Source: Callorhinchus milii | Taxonomy: Eukaryota | NCBI RefSeq assembly: GCF_018977255.1 | Contig: NW_024704742.1 | Location: 130,698,001-130,762,000 of the forward strand | Direction of reading: 5' to 3' | DNA: 64,000 bases | Notes under the pieces: model-generated | The model's input: only the letters and a program-made list of their open reading frames with translations | Told to the model about the DNA's origin: nothing | The model's database searches: none | In this document: one piece after another, positions 39,739 to 52,640 of the stretch | How positions within the stretch are numbered: position 1 is the first letter of the stretch | Layout of the letters: every line of letters starts with the position of its first letter | Program-made: the position numbers and the translations under genes

Positions 39739-40068
39739 TGGAGTCCTGTAGCTCAGTGGTTGGAGCACTCGCTTTGCAAGTGAGAGACCTGAGTTCATTT
39801 CCAGGTGAGGGCGAAACCTTGGGCAAGTTTCCTTACTCCACACAGAGCCTAATAATAATCCCTCCAAAACCAAAAACAATAATAAATTGGTCATTTTCAA
39901 TCTACAACTGTTTGTGGGACATTGCTGTGCGCAATTGGCTGCCGCGTTCGCCCACAAATATACAGTCAATTCACTTTACAGTGTGTTCTGTGAAGCGCTT
40001 TGGGACGTCCACTAATAATAGTGAAAAGCACTATATCAAATGCAAGGATTATTATTATTATTATTATT
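39739..40068 (+). mobile_element. Young full-length SINE, short subfamily
   Basis: Same diagnostics as 8871-9184 (including the agagcc variant); atttg TSD. Confidence 0.92.
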
Positions 40069-40375
40069 TGGATATGCCTATAAAACGCCTCAACCCATTG
40101 CCTCCACTCGACTGGATCCAGCCTCCTGCTTGTCCCTCCGTTCCACCAGCAGTGGTTGTGCTTTCAACCACTACACCCTGAAACTCTGGAACATTCTCCC
40201 TTAATCCCCCCACTTTACTCGTTCCTTCCCCATCTTCAGTTCGTGCCTGAAGACCTTCCTCTTTGACCTTGCTAACGGTCACCTCCCCTCCCTCCGGCGT
40301 CATCACCTGTCACTTTCAAGTGCCTGGGATGCCATGCTGCGTGCGGGGATCTATATAAATGCAAGTTGTTGTTGT

Positions 40376-40726
40376 TAATAATAATCCTTGCATTTGATAT
40401 AGCACCTTATCACATCGTTGAGATTTCTCAAAGCGCTTCACAGAATATACTGTGAAGTGAATTGACTGTATATTTTGTGGGCTAAACGTGGCAACCAATT
40501 TCACACAGCACAAATAGTCGTGGATTGAGTGACCAATTTTTTTTTTTTTTGAAGGGATCATTACCCCCGGAAAACTGATGCGCCAATCGACTAACAACCG
40601 GTTCCTACTTACTGCTAGGTAAACAGAGATGTGTGGAGTAAGGAAACTTGCCCAATGTTTCGCCCCACCGGGAATCAAACCCAGGTCTCTCACTTGCGAG
40701 GTGAGTGCTCTAACCACTGAGCTCCA
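40376..40726 (-). mobile_element. Long-subfamily SINE
   Basis: Head agctcagtggttagagcactcacctcgcaag, body, (ATT)n tail abutting an L2 tail at 40085-40375. Confidence 0.9.
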
Positions 40727-42407
40727 ACTTGTGTTCTACTTGATAGCAGAACACAAGTACATGCATGACATCATTGTGTGTGCAGTACAATTATCTCCAC
40801 TGATTCTGGGCACTTCGGAAATAAACCAGCATTTATTTTCAAAACACCAAAAAAAAGTGGTAACTGTACAACAGCAATTTGGAAGGTGGGAATGAAATTG
40901 AGCACTTTGTTGCTCTGTGCAGTTGGGCACTTAAAACAGGACAACGTCAAATGCAAGCTTTTGGTTAAGTCATTGGAGAACAAGATCAAGATGCAAAAGA
41001 TAACCTCCATTTGCACAAATGGTGCAGAAGCAATTAAAATGAAAAGCGATAGAGGCTTTGATTTTACACTGCAGATAATTCAGCATTAGAAAGACCAGTC
41101 ATACAATTTCCTAAAAAAAACCTTACACTGTATTTGTTAGCCCTGGGTGGGGGTAGGGTGAGCACATCAACTATGTGGTTAATTGATACGTCATTTGAAC
41201 ACAAAGATAATGTTACAGCCTTGTAATGACTCCCAGGTGCCTTGTTAGAAGTACAATTGTGATGGAGGGATTTTTCAGATAAAAATACACGGCTGACAAC
41301 TGGCCCTTATTCTTTATCCACCCCCCCCCCCCCCTCACCCCCACGTTACAACGTCAGATCAAATCTTTGTCCACATTTAAAAGTTATTGAATTATTCCCA
41401 CTCTATGCACAAGACACCATGTATCTCACAGGTATTAGACTGTGAAGGAGATCATAGCAAAGCTGAATTTGGTTGCCAGCTGAATGTGCAGGATTGATTC
41501 CTGACTCATTGCATCAAGGAGACCACAAGGGGCATAACTCTCTTTGACCAGAAGACTGAACACAAATAGATGTGCAGAAAATTACTTTTAACTTGTAAAA
41601 ATATAGCATCCTTCATGCGGATAGGACCTCGGAGACCTGAGTGGACCGTTAAGGAACTTCTTTGAAAAGGAACTGGATAAACATACACAAGGACAACATT
41701 ATTATAGCTATGGATGACTGAACATTGGAAAAGTATAGGACTGGAAAAGCATTATGGTCCATCTGTTGGGTCTCAAACACTACAGTTCCTGTGCTGCTGG
41801 GAAGACAGATGGTTTTTTGAATAATGATAATAATTCTTGCATTTGATATCGTGCCTTATCACGTCTTCCGACATGTCTCAAAGCCCTGCACCTCTACTGG
41901 ATATACTGTAAAGTCGATTGACTGTATTTTGTGGGCACAATGAGGCAACCAATGGCACACAGCAGTGTCTCACAAAAAGTCATGGATTGAGTGACCAAAT
42001 TATGATGATGTATTTTTTTTAAGAGATTATTACCCCGGAAAACGATCCACTAATCGACTTACCGCTGGGTAAACAGGCGTTTAAATACAAATGTAAACAG
42101 AATATAACTGCTCATCGTGAATATTGTAGATTGAATGGTATAAAACAATCTCCTGAGGTCGGGGAGAAGTTTTATAGTTTATATTCTCAGCAGGATTGAT
42201 CTCTTTCAGATTAAGCCGAGCAGAAGGAACGGTGCCGCAACATGCTGGAGTCCAATCTTGCACCATCATAGAGAAGAAAAACAATTTGATCAGCATCTTG
42301 CTGAGTTCCAAACTTTAGCTGTTCTTTTTTTATTTGCAGTCAAGGATGGGAGAAAACAGTCTCAACAACGCTGCTCTCATATGTCTTTTGCTGCACTCTG
42401 GTATCCA

Positions 42408-42720
42408 GGTATCAGCCTGGCTCAGATTGTACTTTCGCCTTGGAGACCAAGCTGTGGGTTCAAGTCTCACATTGGAACTCTGGGCTGACACCCCAGTGCA
42501 GCGCTGTGGACATAGGCGACGGGTGAAAATATTCTTGTGGGGGGTGGGAATTGAGTAAAACTCATTTAAAGAGCAGGGCACCCTGCGAATGGGTGTCTGA
42601 GAAGTGAGTTTGTTTCTCCAGTGCTGGACAACATTGCTCTGGATAATTCATTCATTTCGAGGCTTCTGTGGGACGTTGTGTGAAAATTGCCTGTTATGCT
42701 TACCTATAAATGCACAATGA
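42408..42720 (+). mobile_element. Degraded Deu-domain-like SINE with tRNA-type head
   Basis: cagcctggctcag…gctgtgggttcaagtctcac…ggctgacaccccagtgcagcgctg; homologous to 60212-60587. Confidence 0.6.
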
Positions 42721-42809
42721 ACAACATATTAACCACAGGTTCAAATGGTCTATTTTTCATTCCATACACTCAGAAATTGTAATGTGAAGGTTGGCATACA
42801 TCATCATCA

Positions 42810-43126
42810 TAATAATAATAATAATAAATCCTTGCATTTGATAACACTTTTCACGTCTTCGAGATGTATCACAGCGCTTCACCGAATATACTATAAAGTG
42901 AATTGACTGTATATTTGTGGGCGAAACGTGGAAGCCAATTGCGGACAGAAGTGTCCCACAAACAGCCGTGGATTGAGTGACCAAATTATTATTGTTTTGT
43001 TTTGCTTTTCTTGAGGGATTATTATCAGGCGTTTGGAGTAAGAAAATTTGCCCATGGTTTTGCCCTGCCGGGAATTGAACCCGAATTGCGAGGCGAGTGC
43101 TTTAAACACTGGGCTACAGGACTTCC
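42810..43126 (-). mobile_element. Full-length SINE, short type
   Basis: Head gtcctgtagcccagtg, tcgaa loop, (ATT)n. Confidence 0.88.
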
Positions 43127-44516
43127 ACATACTTGGAACTCTGTTTTGTTTGGATACTATTAACTGCAAGTGTCAGACACCCGGCAGACCAAAAAAAAAA
43201 TCTTACCTTTAATACGTTCCCCATTCGTTGAATCTTTGATCATCCAAGTTATCCAACAAAAGGAAGGCCACAGGGGCACATTTGCTCTGTGATAGAAAAG
43301 TACTAATGAGCCAGTTTCCTAGAGGCCTGCTTATGTTTATGGTTCAACGACTAATGAGCAGAGCATCAGATGCTGTGACATTGAACTTAAATAAAATCCA
43401 GTCATTTTCAAACTGTATTCCTGGAGGGAAATGTAGATTTCATTCTCAGAACTGTATTTTATAACACTCAAATTCAGTCAACTGAATACAATATTATTAT
43501 ATTAATATAATGTTATAATGATATTGTATAACAATATTAATCACAATAAAAATGTTGATCATTAATATAGTATAGTAACAAAATGTATAGTCAATTCACT
43601 TTACAGTATATTCTGTAAAGCGCTTTGAGACATCTTGAAGACATAAGGCGCCATATCAAATGTAAGGATTATTATTATCATCATCATTACAATTATTATA
43701 TTATTGTAAGCATTCACCTAAAAGTAAACAGTCACTCCACTTCATAATATATCCTGTGAAGTACTTTGAGATGTCCTCCCAATGTGAAAGGGACTATACA
43801 AAACAGAGATCATGATAATGATAAGTAACCTAGGTTACTAGGTTTTTAACTCAATTCCATCGAATTGTAAAAATTATAAAAAGCTCTCAGTGTATGATTA
43901 TCTAATGATCATATGGAGTGCTGTAATGTAGTAGTTAGAGCCTTACCTCCAAGCAATGGGATCAGAGTTTGATTCCCAGGCAGGGCAAAAGCTTAGGCAA
44001 GTTTTGTGACTTGCTTTACTCTGTTTGCCTAAGATCTATTTAAGGCCAATTTCTTACTGTTCCAACATCCTGGGATCTCCTCTCTTTGGCCCAATCGGAG
44101 AAGACTGCTTTCAATTCTGTGTCCTGCAGGCCCATTGCCATCCCTGGATTCTTCTCCTCGTTGAAAGAAGCTTTGTACAATGTGTTGAAATATACTGATT
44201 ATCACCTCGGGTTACATTGGTACATTGATAGCAGCAATTCCAGAAGAATTGGGGGTTAAAAGTTGCTGGACGGGTTGAGGTTAGCTTATGATTACATTTC
44301 ATATTTTCCTGGGAAGAAGTTCACTCCTCTGAGATAATGAGGAATCGGGTCCTTGAGCATAGATGTAAGATCAATGGACCACAGAAAGAAAAGGCTGCAG
44401 CCTCAAGACACCTGCCTCGCTCAAGACTGAGAAACAAGCAGGCTGTGGAAGACTGCCCAGAAGTTGTCCACATCTCTCTTGGTGCAAAGCAGCCTGCAAA
44501 GTGTGGGGACTATCCC

Positions 44517-45241
44517 TGTAACAAGGGGAGGTGGAGTTAGAAACACATAAAAGATGTAACTTTGAAATAGTTGGGAGTTGTGTAGAGGGTCAGGACACTT
44601 CCCAGTGGAATCGATATCGATTCTAATGTATCTATGCGTATGAACAGGGGTGAGCGAATTTACCTCTAGAAAGAAAGTGACCATTAAAAGTGAAAGAGGA
44701 TGAACAGTGGGTAATATGTTTTCGGTTCTGTTTGCTAAGCAGAGAAGTAATAACAGTAATGGTGAATGGTCAGTTTGAAACCCAGAAGTCAGGTTAAGCA
44801 GCACAAGTGAGGTGTGTGCTAAGAGCTGATTGTTTCTGTTGAGTTTACAGGAGCCACTCTCTGTGATATTGAGTGATAGTTCTGTGATTAAGTATTGTTT
44901 TTATAGGATTGGTTGTGTCCGAGGGTTTACCGGGCTCCAGTCCCTATTAAGTTTTGTTTTACAGCATCAGTTGTTCCTGAGGGATTTCCAGGGGCTGATC
45001 TCTGCTGTGTATGTTGGGGTGTGTTCTCGGGCTTACTGTTTTGTCTGGAGTACTGAGCAATTCCTGAGTGCATATTGTTATTTCTCAATTATTTGATTTG
45101 TATATTTGTGTCGTTGTACGGTGCGGACTGTTGTGTTGTTATATGGTTTGAATACAGATTGTTGAACTTTATCGTTTGTGTATGTATTTATATATATATA
45201 TATGTGTGTGATATTAGAGGAATAAACACTATACTCTTACA
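44517..45241 (+). mobile_element. Probable solo LTR (725 bp)
   Basis: Begins TGTAA, ends TTACA, AATAAA at 45221-45226, GT-rich 3' half; TSD imperfect (atccc/ttgcc). Confidence 0.55.
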
Positions 45242-47937
45242 TTGCCTGTCGAATTATTAACAAATGTACGAAAAACAGGCAATAGACTTTAATGAGCGGC
45301 TATCAGCTGATTGCTGACAAATATTTCATAAATTATAAAGTTTCCCCTTCCACAACCTTCTGAAAATTAACTAGCGCACTGTATTTGAAGAGTTCTGCTA
45401 TCTGGGAGCCAAAGACACTCATTCAAGCACTCAAAACATTTCCACTCTTAAGAAATAAAACATGGCTAAGTTATTGATCTACCACTTAACCACCTCAAAG
45501 ACTAATCTTTTACTCTGCTCACTTCCACTTCACATTTATTAAACAAATGTACTTTAGTCCTGTCTACTTCATTTAAAATGAATTACTTCCTGAAAGAAAA
45601 GAATTGAGTAGCTTGCAAATGCTTCACGATATTAAATGTTGATGCTTCAGATCACTACAATAGCTTACAATGCGACAGGTAATGTAACTCAATCAACCGC
45701 AACCGTGAGGAAATAATTCTCACTAATAACCATCTTACAGACATGAATGGTCAATTGTGAATGTTGTACTAGGCTCTGAATTTATATCTAATCTGTGAAT
45801 CTGAAAGTCACATTAATAATAGATAAGGTAGATTAAGTTAACCTGATAATGGAAACGGGTAAAAATTGACCTGTCTTCGTACAACCTTCTGCAACAGTAA
45901 TCTTGTCACTGAAGGAACCAACATAAATTTTTCATCTCGAGCAAAAACCATTGTGCTGGCTTCAAGATTGAGTGAGTGCTAGGGGACTTTGGATCCACTG
46001 CAGGACTAACTTCCACCAGAAACAATGTCTCTCAAGAACAACTGACAGTGTTATTGCCGTTGCTGCTGAGACACTTTTTTCTTTTTAAAAAAAAGTCCAA
46101 TGCTTTTAATCCAGTTTTGTGCAATCAGTTACCTTAGGCAGCTAGAATTGATCCGAACCCAAATATTTCAACTGATCAGTTGCTGTTGTTCATCAAATCT
46201 ATCTGCAAATTGTTAGGGTACCGCAATTATTTTCCTTGCCAATAGATCCATAAATTAGCCTACTTTCTGGATTTGTGATTATGTAATTCACAAATTTAGC
46301 TTGTCAAGTTCCCAAGTGCAAATGCATAAAGACAAGGCTGTGGACTTTAAACACAAATGTTTATAGCATTTGTCGCACACAGTCATGGAATCAGTTTGCT
46401 GTATCCAGGAAAATAACTGCTCAAAGGATGTGACTGCTGACCAGGGAATAAAACCATTACCCATTTGGAGATGCATAATTGGCCACTCCATTTCTGTGTA
46501 ATGATCGTCGACCTGCATTATTTTGGGCTTGCTGCATCATAATAAAAACACAACCTTCATTTGGCCCCATCTGAGCTTTGTTGTACTAGCTGATCTTTGG
46601 AACACAAATTCCATTTACCAGTTCTATCTCCAAAGCATTGTATATCTTTAATCTTCACATACTCATCTTTCCCTTTTAAATGTTATAACAGATTGCTTCA
46701 ACGCCTACATTCAATAAAGCATTTCACATCCTAATTTTTAAAAAAGTACAAAAAAATCTATTCACCTCTCCTTCATATTGCTCTCCATATGCATCAACCT
46801 TGGGTTTAGGACATTTCGTTGCTGATTCATCGGTGGAAAGGATCTTTCATTATTTATTCGCTCAAATTTTTATAATTTTGAACACCTATTAATTTGAACA
46901 CTTATTTGGTTCATCTCCATAACCTTCTCTGCTCCAGTAAATAAAGTCACAGTTTTAAGATCGTCAGAACTATATTGTCTTAACCCTGATATCATCCCAG
47001 TGATTCTATTATAATCATAATAATACTTACATTGCATATAATACTTTATCAAATTGTCAAAACCCATTGGGACGTCCTCCCAACATGAAAGATGCTAAAT
47101 GCATCTTGAATCCAATTTGTTGTTGTCTGAAAGAGCTTCACAAGCAATTTCTGCAGGGGTGAATACAGCAGCCAATTCGTGTACACCAGCATTCCAGAAA
47201 CAAGCGTGAAGCGAATGACCGATTTTATCAGGAGGATTATTGGCCAGCACTCCTGGGGTAACTTTAACATCACAGACCATAACCTTTGCAACTGGTGTCT
47301 TATGTGGCACTTTATCAGCGCCTTGGGACGTGCTTCCAACGTGAAAGGCGCTTTATAAATGTAATTTTGTTGTTGTTGATCAAATCCTTTTTTTAAAAAG
47401 ACCAATTATGTAATATTCATTATCTTTCTTTCAGCTGTATGCTCAATTTCCTAAAAATATTCCACCAAATTGGTCAAGCAAGAGCTGACCTTCAAAAATG
47501 CACAGTTCCTGTCTAAATTAGCCTATACCTATTGAAGTATTCATTGATGTAATCCTTGGTTAATGAACATTAGACACTTGAAAGAATTCAATTACTTGAA
47601 AAGGTAGCAGGTGTTCAGCTTGTTAACTTTCCAGTTCTACATAGCTGAATACATTCCACTGATATGAAACGCGTACCTTTCAAGAGTTATGCTCTATAAC
47701 TTAAGCCTAATTTTCAAAGTAATGGTTTGACTACATGTCTAATATCTCCCAATACAAGATTCAAGTTTTTATGCCACCATTTCACTTTCAGACTATACAA
47801 AGATGCACAACATTTGACCTTATTCCTCTGCCCTCTTCATGCAAAGCAAAGTTCACTGGTCATCCTAAGATTAGACCATTGAACAGTTTCATTTTCTAAA
47901 AAGAACATTTTTGTTTAAAAAAATGCATAGATTATAT

Positions 47938-48965
47938 ACAACAGCAACTTGCACTTATATACAGCCGTCCACTCTGAGCGCTTAACAGTGGCGGAGCCTG
48001 ATTCTGAGCCCGGGGCGGGGCAGACCGGAAGCACAGTCAAAAAGGAAGGTTTTCAGGCAGGACTTGAAAAAGGGGAGAGGGGCCAAGGCGGAGGGATTGA
48101 GTGAATGTTCCAGAATTTTGGGGCATAGTGTCTAAATGCACAACCTCCAATGGTGGAGCAGAGTGTGCGAGGGACGAGCATGAGGCTGGTGCCAACCTAG
48201 CAGAGGTGTTGGATTGGGGAGTGAGGAGGTCGGAGAGGTAGGGAAGTGCCGGGGAGTAAAGGGCTTTGAACACGAGTGTGAGGATCTTGGAAGTTGATCT
48301 GTTCAGTGATGAGGAGCCAGTGGAGCCTGGGCCAGAACTGGTGAGATGTGAGGACGCAGTTTGGTCCGGGTCAGTATGCGCGCGGCAGTGTTCTGAATGA
48401 GCTGGATTTTTTGAATAATGGAGCTGGGGAAACCGATGAGGACTTAGTAATCCAGGCAAGAGGTGACAAACACATGCACGAGGATTTTGGCTGCATTTGG
48501 GGTAAGGTACAGTCGGCGGCAGGCAATGTGTTTGAGGTGGAAGAAAGCGGTCCTGGTCAAGGACCGGATGTGGGGAAAGAAGGACAGCTGGCGGTCGAAT
48601 CGGATCCCTAGCTTGCGCACTGGTTCAGGGAGTCTGAGGGAGAGGAAGAGGAGTTCAGATCCGCAGGAGTGAAGTCGCTGACGGGAGCCAAGGAGTATGA
48701 CTTCCGTCTTGTCCACATTCAGTTGCAGGAAGTTTATACTCATCCAGGCCTTGATGTCCACCAGACAAGCTGGTAGAACATTGGCAGACCTGGAATTGGT
48801 ACTGGAGGAGGCAAAGTAGATTTGTGTATCATCAGCATACACGTGGAAGTTTACCCGTGTCTGCGGATGATATCGCCCAGAGGGAGCATATAGATGAGGA
48901 AAAGAAGAGGGCCAAGGAGGGAGCCCTGGGGTACCCTGCGGGTGACCAGGCAGGGGCGGGAGGAG
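47938..48965 (-). mobile_element. L2 LINE (subfamily B) ~1 kb with degraded reverse transcriptase
   Basis: [50 protein letters not shown]; frameshifted; tail gcaagttgctgttg. Confidence 0.93.
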
Positions 48966-49867
48966 AAACCATTTGACAAGATGAAGTGGAGGTGTATACA
49001 AGTGCTTTTATTCATACTCCTACTGTTATGTATCAAATAACCAACAGTAGAGAAACCTAAATGCAAGATATCCAAAATATTTGAGAATTTACAATTTAGT
49101 AGGATTTAAAAAAAACTTGTTGTTCTGAAAAAATGTTTGAAATCACTTCTGATGAACAAAAAACATTATGAATGTAAAGCCAACTACCTTTTGCCCATTC
49201 AAAAAGTTTGCAGTTCTGCTTAGAAGAGATCACCAGAAAACTTGTGCGCTTTGTTTAATCTCCTATAGTAGGATGTTATAACACATCTAAATTCACACAA
49301 GCATGTACATTCCATTATATTAAGGAAATTGGATAAGTATTTGAAGAGAAACAATATGCCTATAAATGGTTAGAGAGGGAAAGAGCGGAGAAATGCATCT
49401 AGGTTATATAACTCCAGTGGTAGAGCTAGCAACAGCATAGCCCTGACCTCCTTTCTGTGCTATAATGTCTGAGATACTGGAAAAAATTAATCTCCATATT
49501 GAAATAAAAATAACAATCCTTACACTTGATACAGCAACTTTCACATCAGGGGGAAGTGTCAAAGCACTTCACAGTATTAGCTGTAAAGTGTATTGACTGT
49601 ATTTTGTGGGCAAACATGGCAGCCATTTTGTGCACAGCAATGTCCCACAAACAGCCACGATGTGAATGACTACTTTTATCTGGGGGATTGTTGGCCAAGA
49701 CACTGGGATAAATTTTCCTCTCTCCCTCGAATAGTGTTGATTTCATAGACTACTGTTGGGAGACTATAAATCAAATGAGTTATTTTGTAATTAGACTCCC
49801 CACATTTTGAACAACTAACAGGATTAAGGAAAGATTCAGAGTCCAGTTCAGCAATCTTAATTACAGT

Positions 49868-50229
49868 ATATAATAATCCTTGCGTTTGATATAGCGCTGT
49901 CCACGTCTTCTAGACATCTCAAAGCGCTTCACAGAATACACTGTAAAGTGAATTGACTGTGTATTTTGTGGGGAAATGCGGCAGCCAATTGCAGACAGCA
50001 GTGTCCCACAAACTGTCATGGATTCAGTGACCTTTTTGTAAAAAAAGATAATTTTCCCTGGAAAAGCGATTCACCAATCGACTATCAACAGGGTTCCTAT
50101 TTACTGCTAGGTAAACAGAGGCATGTGTGGAGTAAGGAAACTTGCCCAACGTTTCGCCCTACCGGGAATAGAACCCAGGTCTCTCGTTTGTGAGGCAAGT
50201 GCTCTAACCACTGAGCAATAGGACTCCAC
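49868..50229 (-). mobile_element. Full-length long-subfamily SINE
   Basis: Head ggagtcctattgctcagtggttagagc, body and tail. Confidence 0.9.
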
Positions 50230-51883
50230 TGTATATACGTTTATATACAGCCACTTCATATAAAAGAATATCGCCAAGCATTTACAAGATTATTCAAAAT
50301 GTATCTTATCAGCTAGTTTTCAATTTTGATCCAACTAACACTCTAATTAGGTAATTTCAATGTACTACTGGTTCAGTAGCCTTTTTTTTTGGTCCATCGG
50401 ATGTCTGACACACAGAAACCTGTCACCAAGCTTAAGAGCACTTACATGCCATTTATACTTGGAAATTTCCCAGAGTAGAGTAGAATGCACACACCCTCCC
50501 TAGAGGGGCCACTTGCTTACCTAATTGCAAAGAGAATTAGGTAGTTTGGCAAGAACCAAAGTTTGGGGTCTAGAGTTTTGGAGTACTCGTAGAGTTTTAA
50601 GCACCTAGGTTTGATGTTGAGAACAACAAATTGCATTTATATAGCGCCCCTCACGCAGGGTAGCGTTCCAGAGCACTTGTCTGGGAAGCTCGCTACTGCT
50701 TGTCCAGCTAGGACCTAACCATTAAAGGTTTAGTTTGCAAGGTTAAAAGAAGCCAAGTTAGAAGAATCCCTACCCTCCAAGACCACTGGGCGGTGTGGAA
50801 TCCATTGTGCCTTAAAGCATTGTGGACCTACCTGTATCAGAAAAGCTCTCCAATGCTTATGCAAGCTGTACAAAAACGTGATATTAGGCTAATTTTTATT
50901 TACACTTCTGCCATAATATTAAAAGCCTACGTAAATCATTGGTAGAAAAAAATACAGTGATTAGGGTCTGTCAAATAGTGCAGCCTGACTGATAGATTAC
51001 AATGCTCAATTGTTCTCAATGCTCAACTTTCCAATATGAATCAACATAACATGACACACTTTGCCAAATTCAAAACCACCACATGGCCTATTTAGCCCAG
51101 ATGGATGGCTGTTAACCTTCAAGAGTATATTAATGACACTCTGGACAGATGAACAAGCGAGTGTCTGCCAGTTTTCTTCCTTCTGAGGTAAAACACTGTG
51201 TGCCAGCTGAGTGCTCCATCTTAAGGAAAAGAGAAAAGCACGTACATAAAACACCCTAGAGAGCTTTTGAAAGGGGATAAAATGTGAATAAAAAACGATA
51301 CTGTCTGCCCTAAATTGCAGAGGAGTGAGTGTCTTGCCCGGTCCTGCATCCAATAATCAATTTATGTCAAATAAAATTGAGAGCCAGATTATAAAACACC
51401 CTCTATACTCCTAATGATACACAGTAAAAAAAAATCAAAGACACACTAGTATAACAATTACCATTGTTAAAGCACCTTTCATGTTGGGAGGACTCCTCAA
51501 AGCACTTAACACACTGGGAGGTGGGGAGAAGGAGGGACTGAGAAATGGTGTGTAAAAAAAAGTGCAGTCTGAAAGATAGATCTCAAGGCAGGCTTTAAAG
51601 ATAGGGAGGGAAGGCGCAAGGCAGAGGGACTCCAGAATGGAGTTGCAGAGTGAGAACTGAATGGTCGAAAGCTCTTCCATCGATTGCCAGCTAGACCAGA
51701 CAGGACACATGAAGCAGGCCAGTGTTAGTTGAGTAGATGGATTGGAGAGAGGGACAGAACCTAGTCAGGAACCTCTTGGGTAGCAGGTTGATTCATGAGC
51801 ATGGAATACTTCACTTCACCTCATTTTTAAATGTATAGCAACAATTGATTAAATCCAGGTCCAATCATTTTTAATGTTATTTA

Positions 51884-52190
51884 TTAATAATCCTTGCAAA
51901 GCGCTTTACAGGATTTACTGCGAATGTGTAATGACTATTTTATAGGTAAACTTGGGAGCCGTTGACACAGCAATATCCCACTGACAACCATAAAGTGAAT
52001 GCCCAATTTTATCCAGTCGATTGTAGGCCAGGTTATCAGGAGAAATCGCCTTCTCTGAACAGTAAGATCTTCAATGTCCAACTGAACAGGAGGACGGGAC
52101 CTCAGTTTAGCATCTCATCCTAAAAACAATGCCCGATAAGGCAGCTCTCCCCAACACTGTATTGGAATGTCAAGCCTAGACAGTGAGCTC
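51884..52190 (-). mobile_element. Deu-domain-like SINE
   Basis: Reverse complement ctaggcttgacattccaatacagtg…ggatgagatgctaaactgaggtcccgtc…gttcagttggacattgaagatc. Confidence 0.7.
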
Positions 52191-52339
52191 GAACTGCCGA
52201 CCATAATTATCATAAAAATTTTACAATCCTTGCATTTGATATAACGATTTCATATCAGGAAGATTCTGAGTGCTTCACAGGATTTTACCATGAAGTGCAG
52301 TGACTGCATATTTTGTAGGCAAAAATATCAAACAATCCT

Positions 52340-52640
52340 GCTATTAGGATAGACGGGATAGGTTAGGCGCTTTATCGCTAAAGAAGAGATATTTAGGAAA
52401 GGGACCTAATTAAGGTGTTTAGACTTATAAAAGCGTTCAATAAGGTTAACAAACAGGCTGTTTCCACTAGTTGGGGAGTCTGTAATCAGGATATTGGGGA
52501 ATCTAAAAGATTTGAGGAACTACTTCATGCCAAGGGTAATGGGATTGCGGAACTTGCTGCCTGAAGCAGTGGTTGAATCAGATGCTATAGATGCATATAA
52601 GAGGAAGGTAGACCTTCATATGAGGGAGAAAAGGAACGGG
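52340..52640 (+). mobile_element. Old CR1 fragment
   Basis: gggacctaattaaggtgtttagacttataaaagcgttc (GDLIKVFRLIKAF) motif. Confidence 0.65.

Noticed and set aside
39738..40181. Recurring ORFs such as ESCSSVVRALA…, GKFPYS…KCKDYYYY, CAQQCPTN as a gene family
   Set aside because: Translations of SINE copies; poly-Tyr/Leu/Ile comes from the (ATT)n tail
43824..43839. Perfect 16-bp palindrome agtaacctaggttact
   Set aside because: Isolated; about one of this length is expected by chance in 64 kb
48444..49075. YADD reverse transcriptase as an active or retron-like system
   Set aside because: Frameshifted, 5'-truncated L2 ORF2 with no endonuclease domain
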